Below are positions 19,183 through 28,279 of a DNA stretch of 64,000 bases, piece by piece. The stretch's first letter is position 1, and each line of letters opens with the position of its first letter. The DNA comes from a virus: positions 1-64,000 of IMG/VR virus record IMGVR_UViG_3300009514_000888. The stretch is one strand, 5' to 3'. The notes below the pieces were generated by a model. The model ran no database searches. It worked only from the letters and a program-made list of their open reading frames with translations, and was not told where the DNA came from. A program made the position numbers and the translations under genes.

Positions 19183-21210
19183 TTGGCTATGATTTCTGAA
19201 CAAAAACTGATGTTTTGGATCGAAAAGGGTTACAATGTTTTGTTTAGTGGTGCCCACGGGGTCGGGAAGTCGTCGGTAGTCATTGAGGTTTTTAAGAAAG
19301 CTCGTCTGAAATGGGCGTATTTTTCTGGCGCGACAATGGACCCGTTTATTGATTTCGTCGGAGTCCCTGTCAAGGTGGATGATGAAGACGGTAGCCATAT
19401 CAAGCTCATCCTGCCAGAGCATATTCGACCGAATGAGATTGAGGCGATTTTTATTGACGAGTACAACAGGTGTTTGTCAGGGGATACAAAGATTTCCCTA
19501 TTAGATGGGCGATCTGTTCCTATTAAAGAGCTAGAATCAGAACCAGAATTCTTTGTATATTCCTTTGACTCAAAGAGCGGAAAAATCGTAGCGGGCAGAG
19601 GGCATAGTTGCCGAAAAACCGGGGTTAGACAAAAAATGGTGGAAGTTGAATTAGATAATGGAGAATCAGTAAAATGCACTCCAGATCATCCCTTTTTACT
19701 ATCCAATGGAGACTATGTTCTTGCTTTTAACCTGAGGGCAGGTGACATTCTAATGTCATTATATCGTCGTCTGTCTGAATGTGTAAAGAAAAACAAGTAT
19801 GTCATGGAGGGTTATGAAGAAGTATATCAGCCATTGGATGATGTATGGGAGTATACTCATGTATTATCCGATGATTACAATCTAAGAGTTGGAAAATACC
19901 GGAATTTCAAAGGCAGGATGAATCATACGGTCATATCTGTTAAAGAGTCTGAAAACGAAGATGTTTATGATATTACTGTTGATGATTATCATAATTTCGC
20001 TATCGAATCTGGGGTTTTTGTTCACAACTCCCACAAGAAGGTTCGCAACGCCACAATGGAATTGATTCAGTTTCGATCCATCAATGGGCGTCCGTTCCCT
20101 AATCTGAAGCTCATTTGGGCGGCAATCAATCCCGATAACGAAGCCGATGATCTGCCCAGTTACGATGTCGAGACGATGGACCCGGCGCAACGCGACCGCT
20201 TTCATGTCCATGTCACGATCCCTTACAAACCCATCCCCTCTTACTTCACCAGTAAGTATGGAGATGAGATTGGCAAGGCTGGCCTGCAATGGTGGGATGA
20301 GCTGCCTGATAAGGCAAAAGAAGAAGTTTCGCCGAGACGACTAGATTATGCTTTACAGATGTTTCAGGATGGTGGAGATATCCATGATGTTTTGCCGCGC
20401 ATCTCAAATCCGGCTCTACTGAAATTGCTGCTGCATACGGGACCAGCCGAAGAAAAACTTGATAATTTCATGAAGAATAAAGATGAAACTGGCGCAAAGT
20501 CGTGGTTGGCAGCGGACAATAATTTTGAATATGTCAAGACGACCATCTTCAAATTTGCCAAGTATCGTCGTTGGTTTGTCCCGCTCATGCTGACGGAACG
20601 TGTTTCGCAGTATATGGCATCTGATGCTCGTCTGAAATGGGAGATACTGGACGACATGATAAAGAAGGGCGTTTCCTCTGCTTACATCGATATGCTGAGG
20701 GAAATTGTACAATCGGATGTCGATGCCAAGCTTTGCGAGGATATTAGGAAGAAAATGGAAGCCGCTGGCCTGGACGTTCCAGCGATAAAGGCGATTCCTG
20801 TGTATCAGACTGGCAGCCCGCCAGCAGATTTCTCCGATAGACTGGGAAAATTGGCCACCTACTCAACGTCCAGTGCCAGGACCAAGACCTATCAACGGCG
20901 GGCGATGTATCAGCGGTTGCTCAAACTGGTGCCGCCGAGCATGACCGCGGCGCAGGCGTGGCAGGTCTTGGATATTTGTAACGGAATTATTGGGCCGTCT
21001 TACCATCATACCATTGATAAGTTTTTCCCCAAGGTAATTGCCATATCCAATGCGGCTATTATTCAACTGATCGAGCATCGAGAGCCGTTGAAAAATATAG
21101 AAGATAGACTGTCGGTCTTGAAGCGGATTAGGCTTTTACGTAAACGCAAGTGTGCGCCAGGGCTGACGGACATAGTTCGGTATTGTAAGTCTCGCAAACA
21201 AGCGCCGTAA
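19183..21210 (+). CDS. MoxR-like AAA+ ATPase with intein
   Basis: Walker A GAHGVGKS, Walker B IFIDEYNR, WAAINP, MDPAQRDRF. Confidence 0.85.
   Translation: MAMISEQKLMFWIEKGYNVLFSGAHGVGKSSVVIEVFKKARLKWAYFSGATMDPFIDFVGVPVKVDDEDGSHIKLILPEHIRPNEIEAIFIDEYNRCLSGDTKISLLDGRSVPIKELESEPEFFVYSFDSKSGKIVAGRGHSCRKTGVRQKMVEVELDNGESVKCTPDHPFLLSNGDYVLAFNLRAGDILMSLYRRLSECVKKNKYVMEGYEEVYQPLDDVWEYTHVLSDDYNLRVGKYRNFKGRMNHTVISVKESENEDVYDITVDDYHNFAIESGVFVHNSHKKVRNATMELIQFRSINGRPFPNLKLIWAAINPDNEADDLPSYDVETMDPAQRDRFHVHVTIPYKPIPSYFTSKYGDEIGKAGLQWWDELPDKAKEEVSPRRLDYALQMFQDGGDIHDVLPRISNPALLKLLLHTGPAEEKLDNFMKNKDETGAKSWLAADNNFEYVKTTIFKFAKYRRWFVPLMLTERVSQYMASDARLKWEILDDMIKKGVSSAYIDMLREIVQSDVDAKLCEDIRKKMEAAGLDVPAIKAIPVYQTGSPPADFSDRLGKLATYSTSSARTKTYQRRAMYQRLLKLVPPSMTAAQAWQVLDICNGIIGPSYHHTIDKFFPKVIAISNAAIIQLIEHREPLKNIEDRLSVLKRIRLLRKRKCAPGLTDIVRYCKSRKQAP
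19471..20028 (+). mobile_element. intein (186 aa) in the AAA+ ATPase
   Basis: DEYNR|CLSGDTKI...CTPDHPF...VYDITV..YHNF..GVFVHN|S. Confidence 0.92.
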
Positions 21211-21248
21211 ACGACCACCACTGCAACGGCGCAGGGCGTATATCATCA

Positions 21249-22547
21249 ATGGCAAAAGAAGTAGCGCCAACCAAACCGCTCCCCTCGCTAACGACCGAAG
21301 AGTATTTCGCGATCAGCCGCCAATTGGAGCAGTATCATGCTGTCTTCTATCGTGTCTGGGAGATGGGCAAGCCCATGTTCACCTACAGCATCGAACGCGC
21401 AGCAGTCGTGTTCGACAAGAAGGGCAATCTGCTTAGCTTCATCTTCAATCCCGATTTTTGGGAATCACTATCTCCCACTGAACGACTGTTTGTGATCTGT
21501 CATGAAGCATTGCATATCGTCCTGGAGCATGGCAAGAGGGCGAAGGATGCAGACGATAGCATGCGTAGCGCCCTCAATGTCGCGATGGACTTGGTGATAA
21601 ATCATGCCTTGATCAATCGATTCGGTTTCTCTCGCAAAGAGATCGATCCATATGGACAGTATTGCTGGATCGATACGGTTTTCAAAGATCGGAATCCAGA
21701 CAACATCCCGGACGATGAGTCTTTTTTCTACTACTATAACCGTCTTGATGTTGGGGCGATTACTACCGGCGTTACCGGCGGGATACTCGTAGATGAGCAT
21801 ATGTTTAGCGAGTCCATGAGCGACCTGATTCCCCTTCTGAATGACGAATTGACACCGGAAGAAAAGTCTGGCCTGCAAGGCTTGATCGAAAAGAATACGC
21901 CGCAGAATCAAACCGACGCCTCCGAAGGCAAGTCCAGAGGGACAGAAGCGGGTAATAGCTGGACGTTTGTGGATAATGAACCCGTCAAGAAGAAGCGAAA
22001 ATGGGAAACGGTCATCAAGGTTTGGAGTCGCAAATTTCTTAAGCAGGAATTCGATACGTTTGAGCATTGGGCGCAAGTTAATCGACGATGGGTGCTGCTG
22101 CCCTCGGATGTTATTCTACCTACTGAAATGGAGTTGCAAGAGAAAGAAGATCATGGCAAGGTGCAGGTCTATTTCTTCCTTGATACGTCTGGCTCATGCG
22201 CAGGTCTGTCAGCCCGCTTCTGGAATGCCACCAAGTCGTTACCCGAGCAGCGGTTTGACAAGCGACTGTTCTGCTTCGATACGCAAGTTTATGATGTAGA
22301 CGAGAAGATCGGAAAGCTCTACGGTTTTGGCGGGACAAGGTTTGATGTTCTTGAACATCGCATCCAACAGATCATGAAATATGAACAGACCAAATACCCC
22401 GAAGCCGTTTTTGTTTTGACCGATGGTTATGGCAACCAGGTTCAGCCGCAACGGGTTGAAAGATGGCATTGGTTCTTGACGGAGCGTAGTGCCACGCATT
22501 GCATACCCAAAGGCTGCCATGTCCATCCTCTCAAGGATTACGAGTGA
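21249..22547 (+). CDS. metallopeptidase-like (HExxH) plus vWA domain protein (DUF2201-like), MoxR partner
   Basis: FVICHEALH, FFLDTSGSC and FVLTDGY motifs. Confidence 0.8.
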   Translation: MAKEVAPTKPLPSLTTEEYFAISRQLEQYHAVFYRVWEMGKPMFTYSIERAAVVFDKKGNLLSFIFNPDFWESLSPTERLFVICHEALHIVLEHGKRAKDADDSMRSALNVAMDLVINHALINRFGFSRKEIDPYGQYCWIDTVFKDRNPDNIPDDESFFYYYNRLDVGAITTGVTGGILVDEHMFSESMSDLIPLLNDELTPEEKSGLQGLIEKNTPQNQTDASEGKSRGTEAGNSWTFVDNEPVKKKRKWETVIKVWSRKFLKQEFDTFEHWAQVNRRWVLLPSDVILPTEMELQEKEDHGKVQVYFFLDTSGSCAGLSARFWNATKSLPEQRFDKRLFCFDTQVYDVDEKIGKLYGFGGTRFDVLEHRIQQIMKYEQTKYPEAVFVLTDGYGNQVQPQRVERWHWFLTERSATHCIPKGCHVHPLKDYE

Positions 22548-22553
22548 TTAAGA

Positions 22554-23075
22554 GTGATTATTCTCCGCAAAGTTGTGTCTGGTGGACAAACCGGCGCAGA
22601 TCGAGCTGGGCTGATTGTTGCCAGAGAGTTCGGTTTGGAAACTGGAGGCTGGTTGCCCAAGGGCTGCCAGACGGCAGCAGGTCCACGGCCTGATCTCATA
22701 GAAAAATACGGAATGCAAGAGCACCCGTCGCCCAATTATGCCGCCAGAACATACGCCAATGCTAAGGATTCGGATGCCACGATCCGTTTGGCGATGGATT
22801 TCGGGTCCAGAGGCGAAATTTGCACGCTTAATGCGATCAAACGCTACCACAAGCCTTGGACCGACATAGACCTAGCCAAGCCAAGGCCGCCGGTCGAGGT
22901 CGCAGAATGGCTCACAGAGCATCAGGTGGGTATCTTGAATGTGGCAGGTAACAGCGAAAAGACATTCTCCGGGACTTTCGATCTTTGCACCATATATTTG
23001 AGGTCGGTGCTGTCCGCATTGGGGCTGGATTCAAGAGTAGGGAACCAATGGGACGATATTTTGGAAGGAATTTGA
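22554..23075 (+). CDS. SLOG superfamily protein (cpYpsA / 'putative molybdenum carrier' type)
   Basis: VSGGQTGADRAGL, RT.AN..DSDAT and LNVAGN motifs. Confidence 0.8.
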   Translation: MIILRKVVSGGQTGADRAGLIVAREFGLETGGWLPKGCQTAAGPRPDLIEKYGMQEHPSPNYAARTYANAKDSDATIRLAMDFGSRGEICTLNAIKRYHKPWTDIDLAKPRPPVEVAEWLTEHQVGILNVAGNSEKTFSGTFDLCTIYLRSVLSALGLDSRVGNQWDDILEGI

Positions 23076-23099
23076 TTCCAGAGGTTGAATGGTGAGGAT

Positions 23100-23210
23100 A
23101 TGCATGCTAGGGTAGACATCATGAACGTCAACGGCCTTCACAACCAGTATTTCACTTCGTATTGCTCTAGTAGCAGTTGCTCATGTAGCAACGGCTATTA
23201 TTCGAGCTAA
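23100..23210 (+). CDS. putative Ser/Cys/Tyr-rich leader peptide (36 aa)
   Basis: MHARVDIMNVNGLHNQYFTSYCSSSSCSCSNGYYSS*; GGTGA SD; TAA ends at 23210 and the tRNA-like sequence starts at 23211. Confidence 0.6.
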   Translation: MHARVDIMNVNGLHNQYFTSYCSSSSCSCSNGYYSS

Positions 23211-23313
23211 GACCTATTTACAACTTGGCTTCGAATACTCGGCCTGCTATCCGCCTGGGGCGGGGTCCGTCTGCAAAACGGATGCAATAAGGGTTCGAAT
23301 CCCTGGTGGGTCT
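23211..23313 (+). tRNA. tRNA-Cys(GCA)-like with ambiguous or expanded 5'/D region
   Basis: Anticodon arm TCCGT-CTGCAAA-ACGGA; T arm AGGG-TTCGAAT-CCCT; 3' GTGGGTC pairs with GACCTAT (23211), or more weakly with the strand near 23242; U73. Confidence 0.6.
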
Positions 23314-23362
23314 ATGAAACTCCAGCGATCTTTGACAAGTAAATATTCTAGTTATGACAGAT

Positions 23363-23438
23363 GCCCGGCTGCCCGAGTCTGGACAAAGGGAGCGGACTGC
23401 AACTCCGCTAATCGTGGGTTCAAATCCCACGCCGGGCT
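23363..23438 (+). tRNA. tRNA-Cys(GCA)
   Basis: GCCCGGC/GCCGGGC acceptor, GCGGA-CTGCAAC-TCCGC anticodon arm, GTGGG-TTCAAAT-CCCAC T arm, U73. Confidence 0.92.
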
Positions 23439-23647
23439 ATATGAAAGCGCACAGGAAAGAGTTCGGCGTATCATCTGGATACATTCGACAATGTAACGCT
23501 ACTGATCGAAGCATTTGATGATCTGGATGACGCCGTAGACTTCGTGGTTCATAACAGATACAAGGATCGCATCTCCGCGAGGGACTGATTAGGTGTATCT
23601 CGTTGATCGGGACGGAAACATCGTTAAGAAGTATTCGGTGAAATAGC

Positions 23648-23732
23648 GGAGAGCAAATCGTCGAGGCGACGACCCCGCTTCGAAAACGGGTGGAGCCTAA
23701 CAAGGCTTGCGGGTCAGGACCGCTGCTCTCCT
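23648..23732 (+). tRNA. tRNA-Ser(CGA), atypical T loop
   Basis: GGAGAGC/GCTCTCC acceptor, loop TTCGAAA, long variable arm, T arm GCGG-GTCAGGA-CCGC. Confidence 0.7.
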
Positions 23733-23738
23733 TTTGAT

Positions 23739-23829
23739 GGAAGATAGGCGACTGTTGGTTCGTCGCGATAGTTTTGAAAACTGTTCCGCATGAAAGATGG
23801 CGGCAAGGGTTCGATTCCCTTATCTTCCT
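23739..23829 (+). tRNA. tRNA-Ser(TGA)
   Basis: GGAAGAT/ATCTTCC acceptor, loop TTTGAAA, long variable arm, AAGGG-TTCGATT-CCCTT T arm. Confidence 0.85.
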
Positions 23830-24512
23830 GTCCCCAGTTTGGAATTGATGATATTTATGATGATGTCTAGGAACTTTTGTGCTTTTTGAGGCTTGAAATA
23901 CTTCATGCTAGAAATGTCGATGATGCAGAGTTCGATTTGGTTTTCTAGACATGCTTGGAATTTGCGATGGTCATTGTTGCGAACTTGAGACAGTTTTTCT
24001 TTCCAAAAATAGGTTCATAATGGAAGATGCCATTAAGCTCAAAGGCCAGGAACATGCTGGGAATGAATATGTCTAACTCGGAGTTAATATGTTCTTTTTC
24101 GTTGAAACGAATATCGAGGTTTGGGTATTTGGCTTTTAGTTTCTCTTCTATCCATGCCTCGATCTTGGACCGTCGATGACCATGCTTGCGGTTACGGTTG
24201 TTATAACTGCCTGAGCAAGACCTGCTGCAAAAATGGTTTCCGCTTTTGGACTTGGCGAGCTTAGATGGTGTGCGATCAAAAGATTTGCTGCATTCAGTGC
24301 ATGAGACTGTTACTCTATTTTGCCGAAACTTATCTCTGCATTTAATAGAGCAAAAGCGGTTGGAAGCGTTTTGAGATTTTGGATTGTTGTCACAGGACAG
24401 ATTTACAGTGAAATGGTTATTACAATAGGAGCAGGTTCGGGTAATCATGGTTGGCATACATAGCAATTCGACCAGTATGCTTAAAAACCTTTTTCGATTC
24501 CCTTATCTTCCT
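23810..24512. repeat. 20-bp direct repeat TTCGATTCCCTTATCTTCCT (23810-23829 and 24493-24512) flanking the endonuclease gene
   Basis: Exact duplication of the tRNA-Ser(TGA) 3' end. Confidence 0.9.
23820..24466 (-). pseudogene. zinc-finger plus PD-(D/E)xK (Vsr/DUF559-like) homing-endonuclease-like gene, frameshifted near 23994-24002
   Basis: CxxC...FCSxxC repeats and ELDIFIP..AFELNGIFHYEPIFG. The alternative frame continues KLSQVRNNDHRKFQACLENQIELCIID...GTGR* to a TAA at 23822-23820. Confidence 0.7.
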
Positions 24513-24514
24513 TT

Positions 24515-24607
24515 GGACAGGTAGCGATCCCCGCGGGAGGCTGTAACCCTCTTGCCATGATAATTAGCGGGGTGGTCGGCATAGGGGTTCGATTCCTCCG
24601 CTGCCTA
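24515..24607 (+). tRNA. degenerate tRNA-Tyr(GTA)-like
   Basis: GGAGG-CTGTAAC-CCTCT anticodon arm, GGGG-TTCGATT-CCTC T arm, very short D loop, imperfect acceptor. Confidence 0.5.
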
Positions 24608-24623
24608 TTATGGGTGCTAAATT

Positions 24624-25115
24624 ATGAGTGAAGACCAAAACAAATATGCTGTGCCTATTAAGGCCGACGATATCCTTTGGAACATCCACGCCAAGCCTGT
24701 CAAGGTTGGCACCACCCCGCCCATCGGCGTAAAGCTCGAATGGGGCTGGACAGCAGGCAAGACAGAGGAAGAACTGGCAAGCTATGCCCATGATGCGCCA
24801 ACGGGCAGCGCGTCAGTCACAACAACGCTAGACTTGGCGATTGAGTTGAGAAATAAACTGAACAAGATCATCAAGGAGTATAATGTAGAGCCGGTTGACC
24901 AATGCGATAGATGTAAGGAAGAGATTTTCCCTTACGAAGAATCGGAAGATACCGCAGGGGGGACGGTTCACACAGACCAGGAGAGATGCGATCAGTTGAA
25001 GAAACTGAATGAGTCGAGCGCGAAACTGCAAAAGTTGTTTGAAGAACATCCAGAACTGTTGAATCTACAACCAGAGATAGGGACAGAAGAGGAAGAGGAG
25101 AGTCCGTTTGATTGA
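24624..25115 (+). CDS. hypothetical protein
   Basis: 163-aa ORF. Confidence 0.65.
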   Translation: MSEDQNKYAVPIKADDILWNIHAKPVKVGTTPPIGVKLEWGWTAGKTEEELASYAHDAPTGSASVTTTLDLAIELRNKLNKIIKEYNVEPVDQCDRCKEEIFPYEESEDTAGGTVHTDQERCDQLKKLNESSAKLQKLFEEHPELLNLQPEIGTEEEEESPFD

Positions 25116-25500
25116 CATAGGACATAGAACAAAGGAAGCAGTCATGATTCCAGCAATTGGCAAAAGCACTTTGCTCGGTTTTCGGTATCAACTGGTTGGC
25201 TTTCTTTTCATGGACAACCCGATGAATTGTCACGGCAAGGTCGAAGTTACTTTTTTTAAGCAAGACAGTAGCAGTGACTTGTACTTGATTTGCCTTAGTG
25301 AAGTCACGAAAGATCAAGCCAAGACATATGCGGAGATTCTGAAAAATAAGTTGGGAGAGATGGTTGCGGCCGAAGAAGTAATTCCGTATGTTCAGCGCAG
25401 TTTGGGAGACGTGGAGTATGAGGCTTTTCAGGGCTTGATGGAAGCATCTTTCGCTTTGAAAATAGAATGGAGTAGCCCGACTGCCAGCAAAGATAGGTAA
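25108..25500 (+). CDS. hypothetical protein (start may be ATG 25145)
   Basis: ORF with AAGGA RBS. Confidence 0.55.
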   Translation: MIDIGHRTKEAVMIPAIGKSTLLGFRYQLVGFLFMDNPMNCHGKVEVTFFKQDSSSDLYLICLSEVTKDQAKTYAEILKNKLGEMVAAEEVIPYVQRSLGDVEYEAFQGLMEASFALKIEWSSPTASKDR

Positions 25501-25576
25501 TGTTGAAAACATAGCAGCCTATTGACGAGCAGGCATCGTTTTCTCTGTATGCTAAAGCATTGGGAAGGCTTTCTCG

Positions 25577-25999
25577 ATGACGACGTTCCAGATTAACGGG
25601 CAAACGATTGAGTTCGATGAGACTCTTTCTTATGCCGATTTTTGGGTCGATGGATCAAGTTATGTGTTTGCTTGGATTCAATGGGACAAAATACTCACGG
25701 CATTATCAGAGGGCAGAGAATGGGACGCAGGAATACGCAGGTTTGTTAAATTGCTTTCCAGATGGGTTCACGAGGCTCCCAGGAAGCGTGTCTATCGCGG
25801 CTTGAAGATGTCTGGCGTAACGGTGGTGAGCTCTGAATTTTTCTTTGAGCAGCAGGGAGGGGATGAGATGATTAACTCACTGGAAAACACTGGCAAATTT
25901 GCGGTTAGGCTCCTGGAGGTTTACGACGAGAGTCCAATGGAACCGATAAAACATGAAGGGAGAAACCCGATTCGCGTAGATCAATTAAAGATAGAATAG
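25577..25999 (+). CDS. hypothetical protein
   Basis: 140-aa ORF ending at the first base of the tRNA. Confidence 0.6.
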   Translation: MTTFQINGQTIEFDETLSYADFWVDGSSYVFAWIQWDKILTALSEGREWDAGIRRFVKLLSRWVHEAPRKRVYRGLKMSGVTVVSSEFFFEQQGGDEMINSLENTGKFAVRLLEVYDESPMEPIKHEGRNPIRVDQLKIE

Positions 26000-26089
26000 G
26001 ACAGGTGGCCGAGTGGCTGAAGGCAACGGTTTGCTAAACCGTCGTAGGGGGTATTCCTCCTACCGCGGGTTCGAATCCCGCCCTGTCCG
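25999..26089 (+). tRNA. tRNA-Ser(GCT)
   Basis: GGACAGG/CCTGTCC acceptor, ACGGT-TTGCTAA-ACCGT anticodon arm, long variable arm, GCGGG-TTCGAAT-CCCGC T arm, G73. Confidence 0.95.
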
Positions 26090-26115
26090 TTGTCCAGGAA
26101 GCGCATAATATTTTC

Positions 26116-26382
26116 ATGCCAGAAAAAGAAAGGCAACCTCCCCTGAACGACGGCGACCTGTTCCGAGTGTCAGCTCGGCGCAATGGGAAATGGAATGCAT
26201 ACGTTGGTCGCGTTATTAGCAAAGCAGAGCAGACATTTGAGACTGTTTGGATGACTGACTTCGTCTATGATACGGAAGCAGAAGCCGAGCAGGCTATAGA
26301 AGACGCAGTCAACAAGGCGCGGGCGAAAGAATGGGGTTGGAATGACAATATAACCGGGAAGGTTGATCAAGACGGAGAGTAA
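26116..26382 (+). CDS. hypothetical protein
   Basis: ORF in the + strand run. Confidence 0.5.
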   Translation: MPEKERQPPLNDGDLFRVSARRNGKWNAYVGRVISKAEQTFETVWMTDFVYDTEAEAEQAIEDAVNKARAKEWGWNDNITGKVDQDGE

Positions 26383-26724
26383 ACTAGCGAGGCGCTAGCT
26401 CCGGTTGGAAGCCGGATGGAGCTGAAATACGCTTACGGATCGTGACCGTTGCTCTCCTTTTTCATTACTTTTGGACAGGATATGGCCATGATGAAAGAAG
26501 AAGATATCCAAACCGCTGACGATCTTCTGTCCTACATTCTTGAGTTTCAGGATGTGATATATGTGCGAGAGCAAGTCAATGGGAAATGGGGATCGTTTAG
26601 CCTGGAAGAGCTGCCTGATGATTTGCGTCAGAATCATGTGAATAGATTTTTGGACGAAGGGCGCATTCCTTTTCGGCTCAAGCGAGACGCTGAGCAATCA
26701 GGCGATTAATACTCCGGCATTCTG

Positions 26725-27276
26725 TTGAGCGGCATATATACTGACATGATTGTTCAAGAACTAGAACAAGAGGGTCACGGTTGCCCAACGTCCTGGAATT
26801 TCTTCACGGACGGCGGGCGTGCTGCATATATTCGATATCGTGGCGGTCAATTCAATCTCAACGTTCGCGCCATCGAGGGCGATCCTCAGCCCGAAGACGG
26901 CGAAAGCCTAGATTGGTTTCACATTTACAATGCCACTATCGGCGGCTGTTTTGACGGCTTCCTAGATTGGAATGTTGCTTACGAGCATATCAAAGACCTG
27001 GATGTCAAGAAAGAAATTGCTCTCGCTGTGGTAGCAATAGATGAGCATAGTCGGAAGATGCATGGGAGCGCCGAGTATCGCAGGAATTACTGGTACAAAT
27101 GGATGCGAGGCATCTGGGAGGGTATGGCGAAAACTACCAGAGAAATGAATGAGTTGAATAAACCTGGTTCGGGCGGTCATAATTATGTGCCACCCGAGGA
27201 TCAGATCGAAGAGGAAGCCATTAAACATGCCGATAAGAAAGAGGCTCAGTGGCAAGTCGAACACGATGGAAATTGA
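26725..27276 (+). CDS. hypothetical protein
   Basis: ORF in the + strand run. Confidence 0.6.
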   Translation: MSGIYTDMIVQELEQEGHGCPTSWNFFTDGGRAAYIRYRGGQFNLNVRAIEGDPQPEDGESLDWFHIYNATIGGCFDGFLDWNVAYEHIKDLDVKKEIALAVVAIDEHSRKMHGSAEYRRNYWYKWMRGIWEGMAKTTREMNELNKPGSGGHNYVPPEDQIEEEAIKHADKKEAQWQVEHDGN

Positions 27277-27555
27277 AGTCATACAATTCTCCCTCCCGTA
27301 TGGCAGGCAAAAATTAGTTATATTTGATGCCCCAGATGCTTTGGAGCCCAAGTACTTATCTATACAACGTTGTGGCTGTCGCTTGACTGCCGAGGCATTG
27401 ACGACAGGACTTATCTCTTTGACCATTGAAGAGCCTAATCTGGGCGACTATATGATTCAGTTGGTGCAGAGAGTTGAGGAAATTGAGCAAACGTTCGCGG
27501 AGATGTTGGATAAATTTGATGAAAGAATGTTTGATCGCTGGGTTTCGGTGCAAGA

Positions 27556-28062
27556 ATGGAACGAATAGACAGGAATATACAGTTTCGAATTTTTAGTCGC
27601 CAACTCGCTGAAATTGAATCCGTGGTGAATGCCAATGCGATGATGTCGCATGTTTGGATCAGTATTCATAATACGACTGATCCTGATTTGCCCATTCCGC
27701 ATCAAAACGAGATGTGCCGAGAGGTTCTGACCCTAGGTTTTGATGATACGGATGTTGCGGGATGGATTGTCATGGGGCAAGAGATGCAACTCATGACAGA
27801 AGATCAGGCGGACCAGATTCTACAATTCATCGAAAAACACCTGGGCCATATCGGGATGATTTGCGTTCATTGTGAGGCGGGCATTTCTCGAAGCGCAGCC
27901 ACGGCAGCTGCGCTGAGCTTATTGATCAATGGACATGACTCCAATATACAGAATAGCGGCTGGTACTGCCCAAATGCGCATGTCAAAAGTTTGATTCTTC
28001 AGCGCGGAAGTGATTTGCGAACGCGATCTATCGAGCTGGGTTTCTGTTCAGACGATATATAG
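27556..28062 (+). CDS. protein-tyrosine-phosphatase-like (CX5R) protein
   Basis: L.FDD and VHCEAGISRSAA motifs. Confidence 0.85.
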   Translation: MERIDRNIQFRIFSRQLAEIESVVNANAMMSHVWISIHNTTDPDLPIPHQNEMCREVLTLGFDDTDVAGWIVMGQEMQLMTEDQADQILQFIEKHLGHIGMICVHCEAGISRSAATAAALSLLINGHDSNIQNSGWYCPNAHVKSLILQRGSDLRTRSIELGFCSDDI

Positions 28063-28279
28063 TCTATGTGGAAAATGAGATGCAAAGCAATCGCTTCTCA
28101 CAAGCGGTCTGCGTGATCTTATTGCAGGCGTGTTTGCGGAGGTATGGGGTCTGGGGGTGTTGAAAAGGCCAACCAATAGAACAATTCTGTTTGGATTTCG
28201 ACCATGCTTCTGGACGGAAGTTGGATGGTTTGGGTCACTTAAGTCAAGGATTTCTCGATGATTTTTCGAAACACTACCT

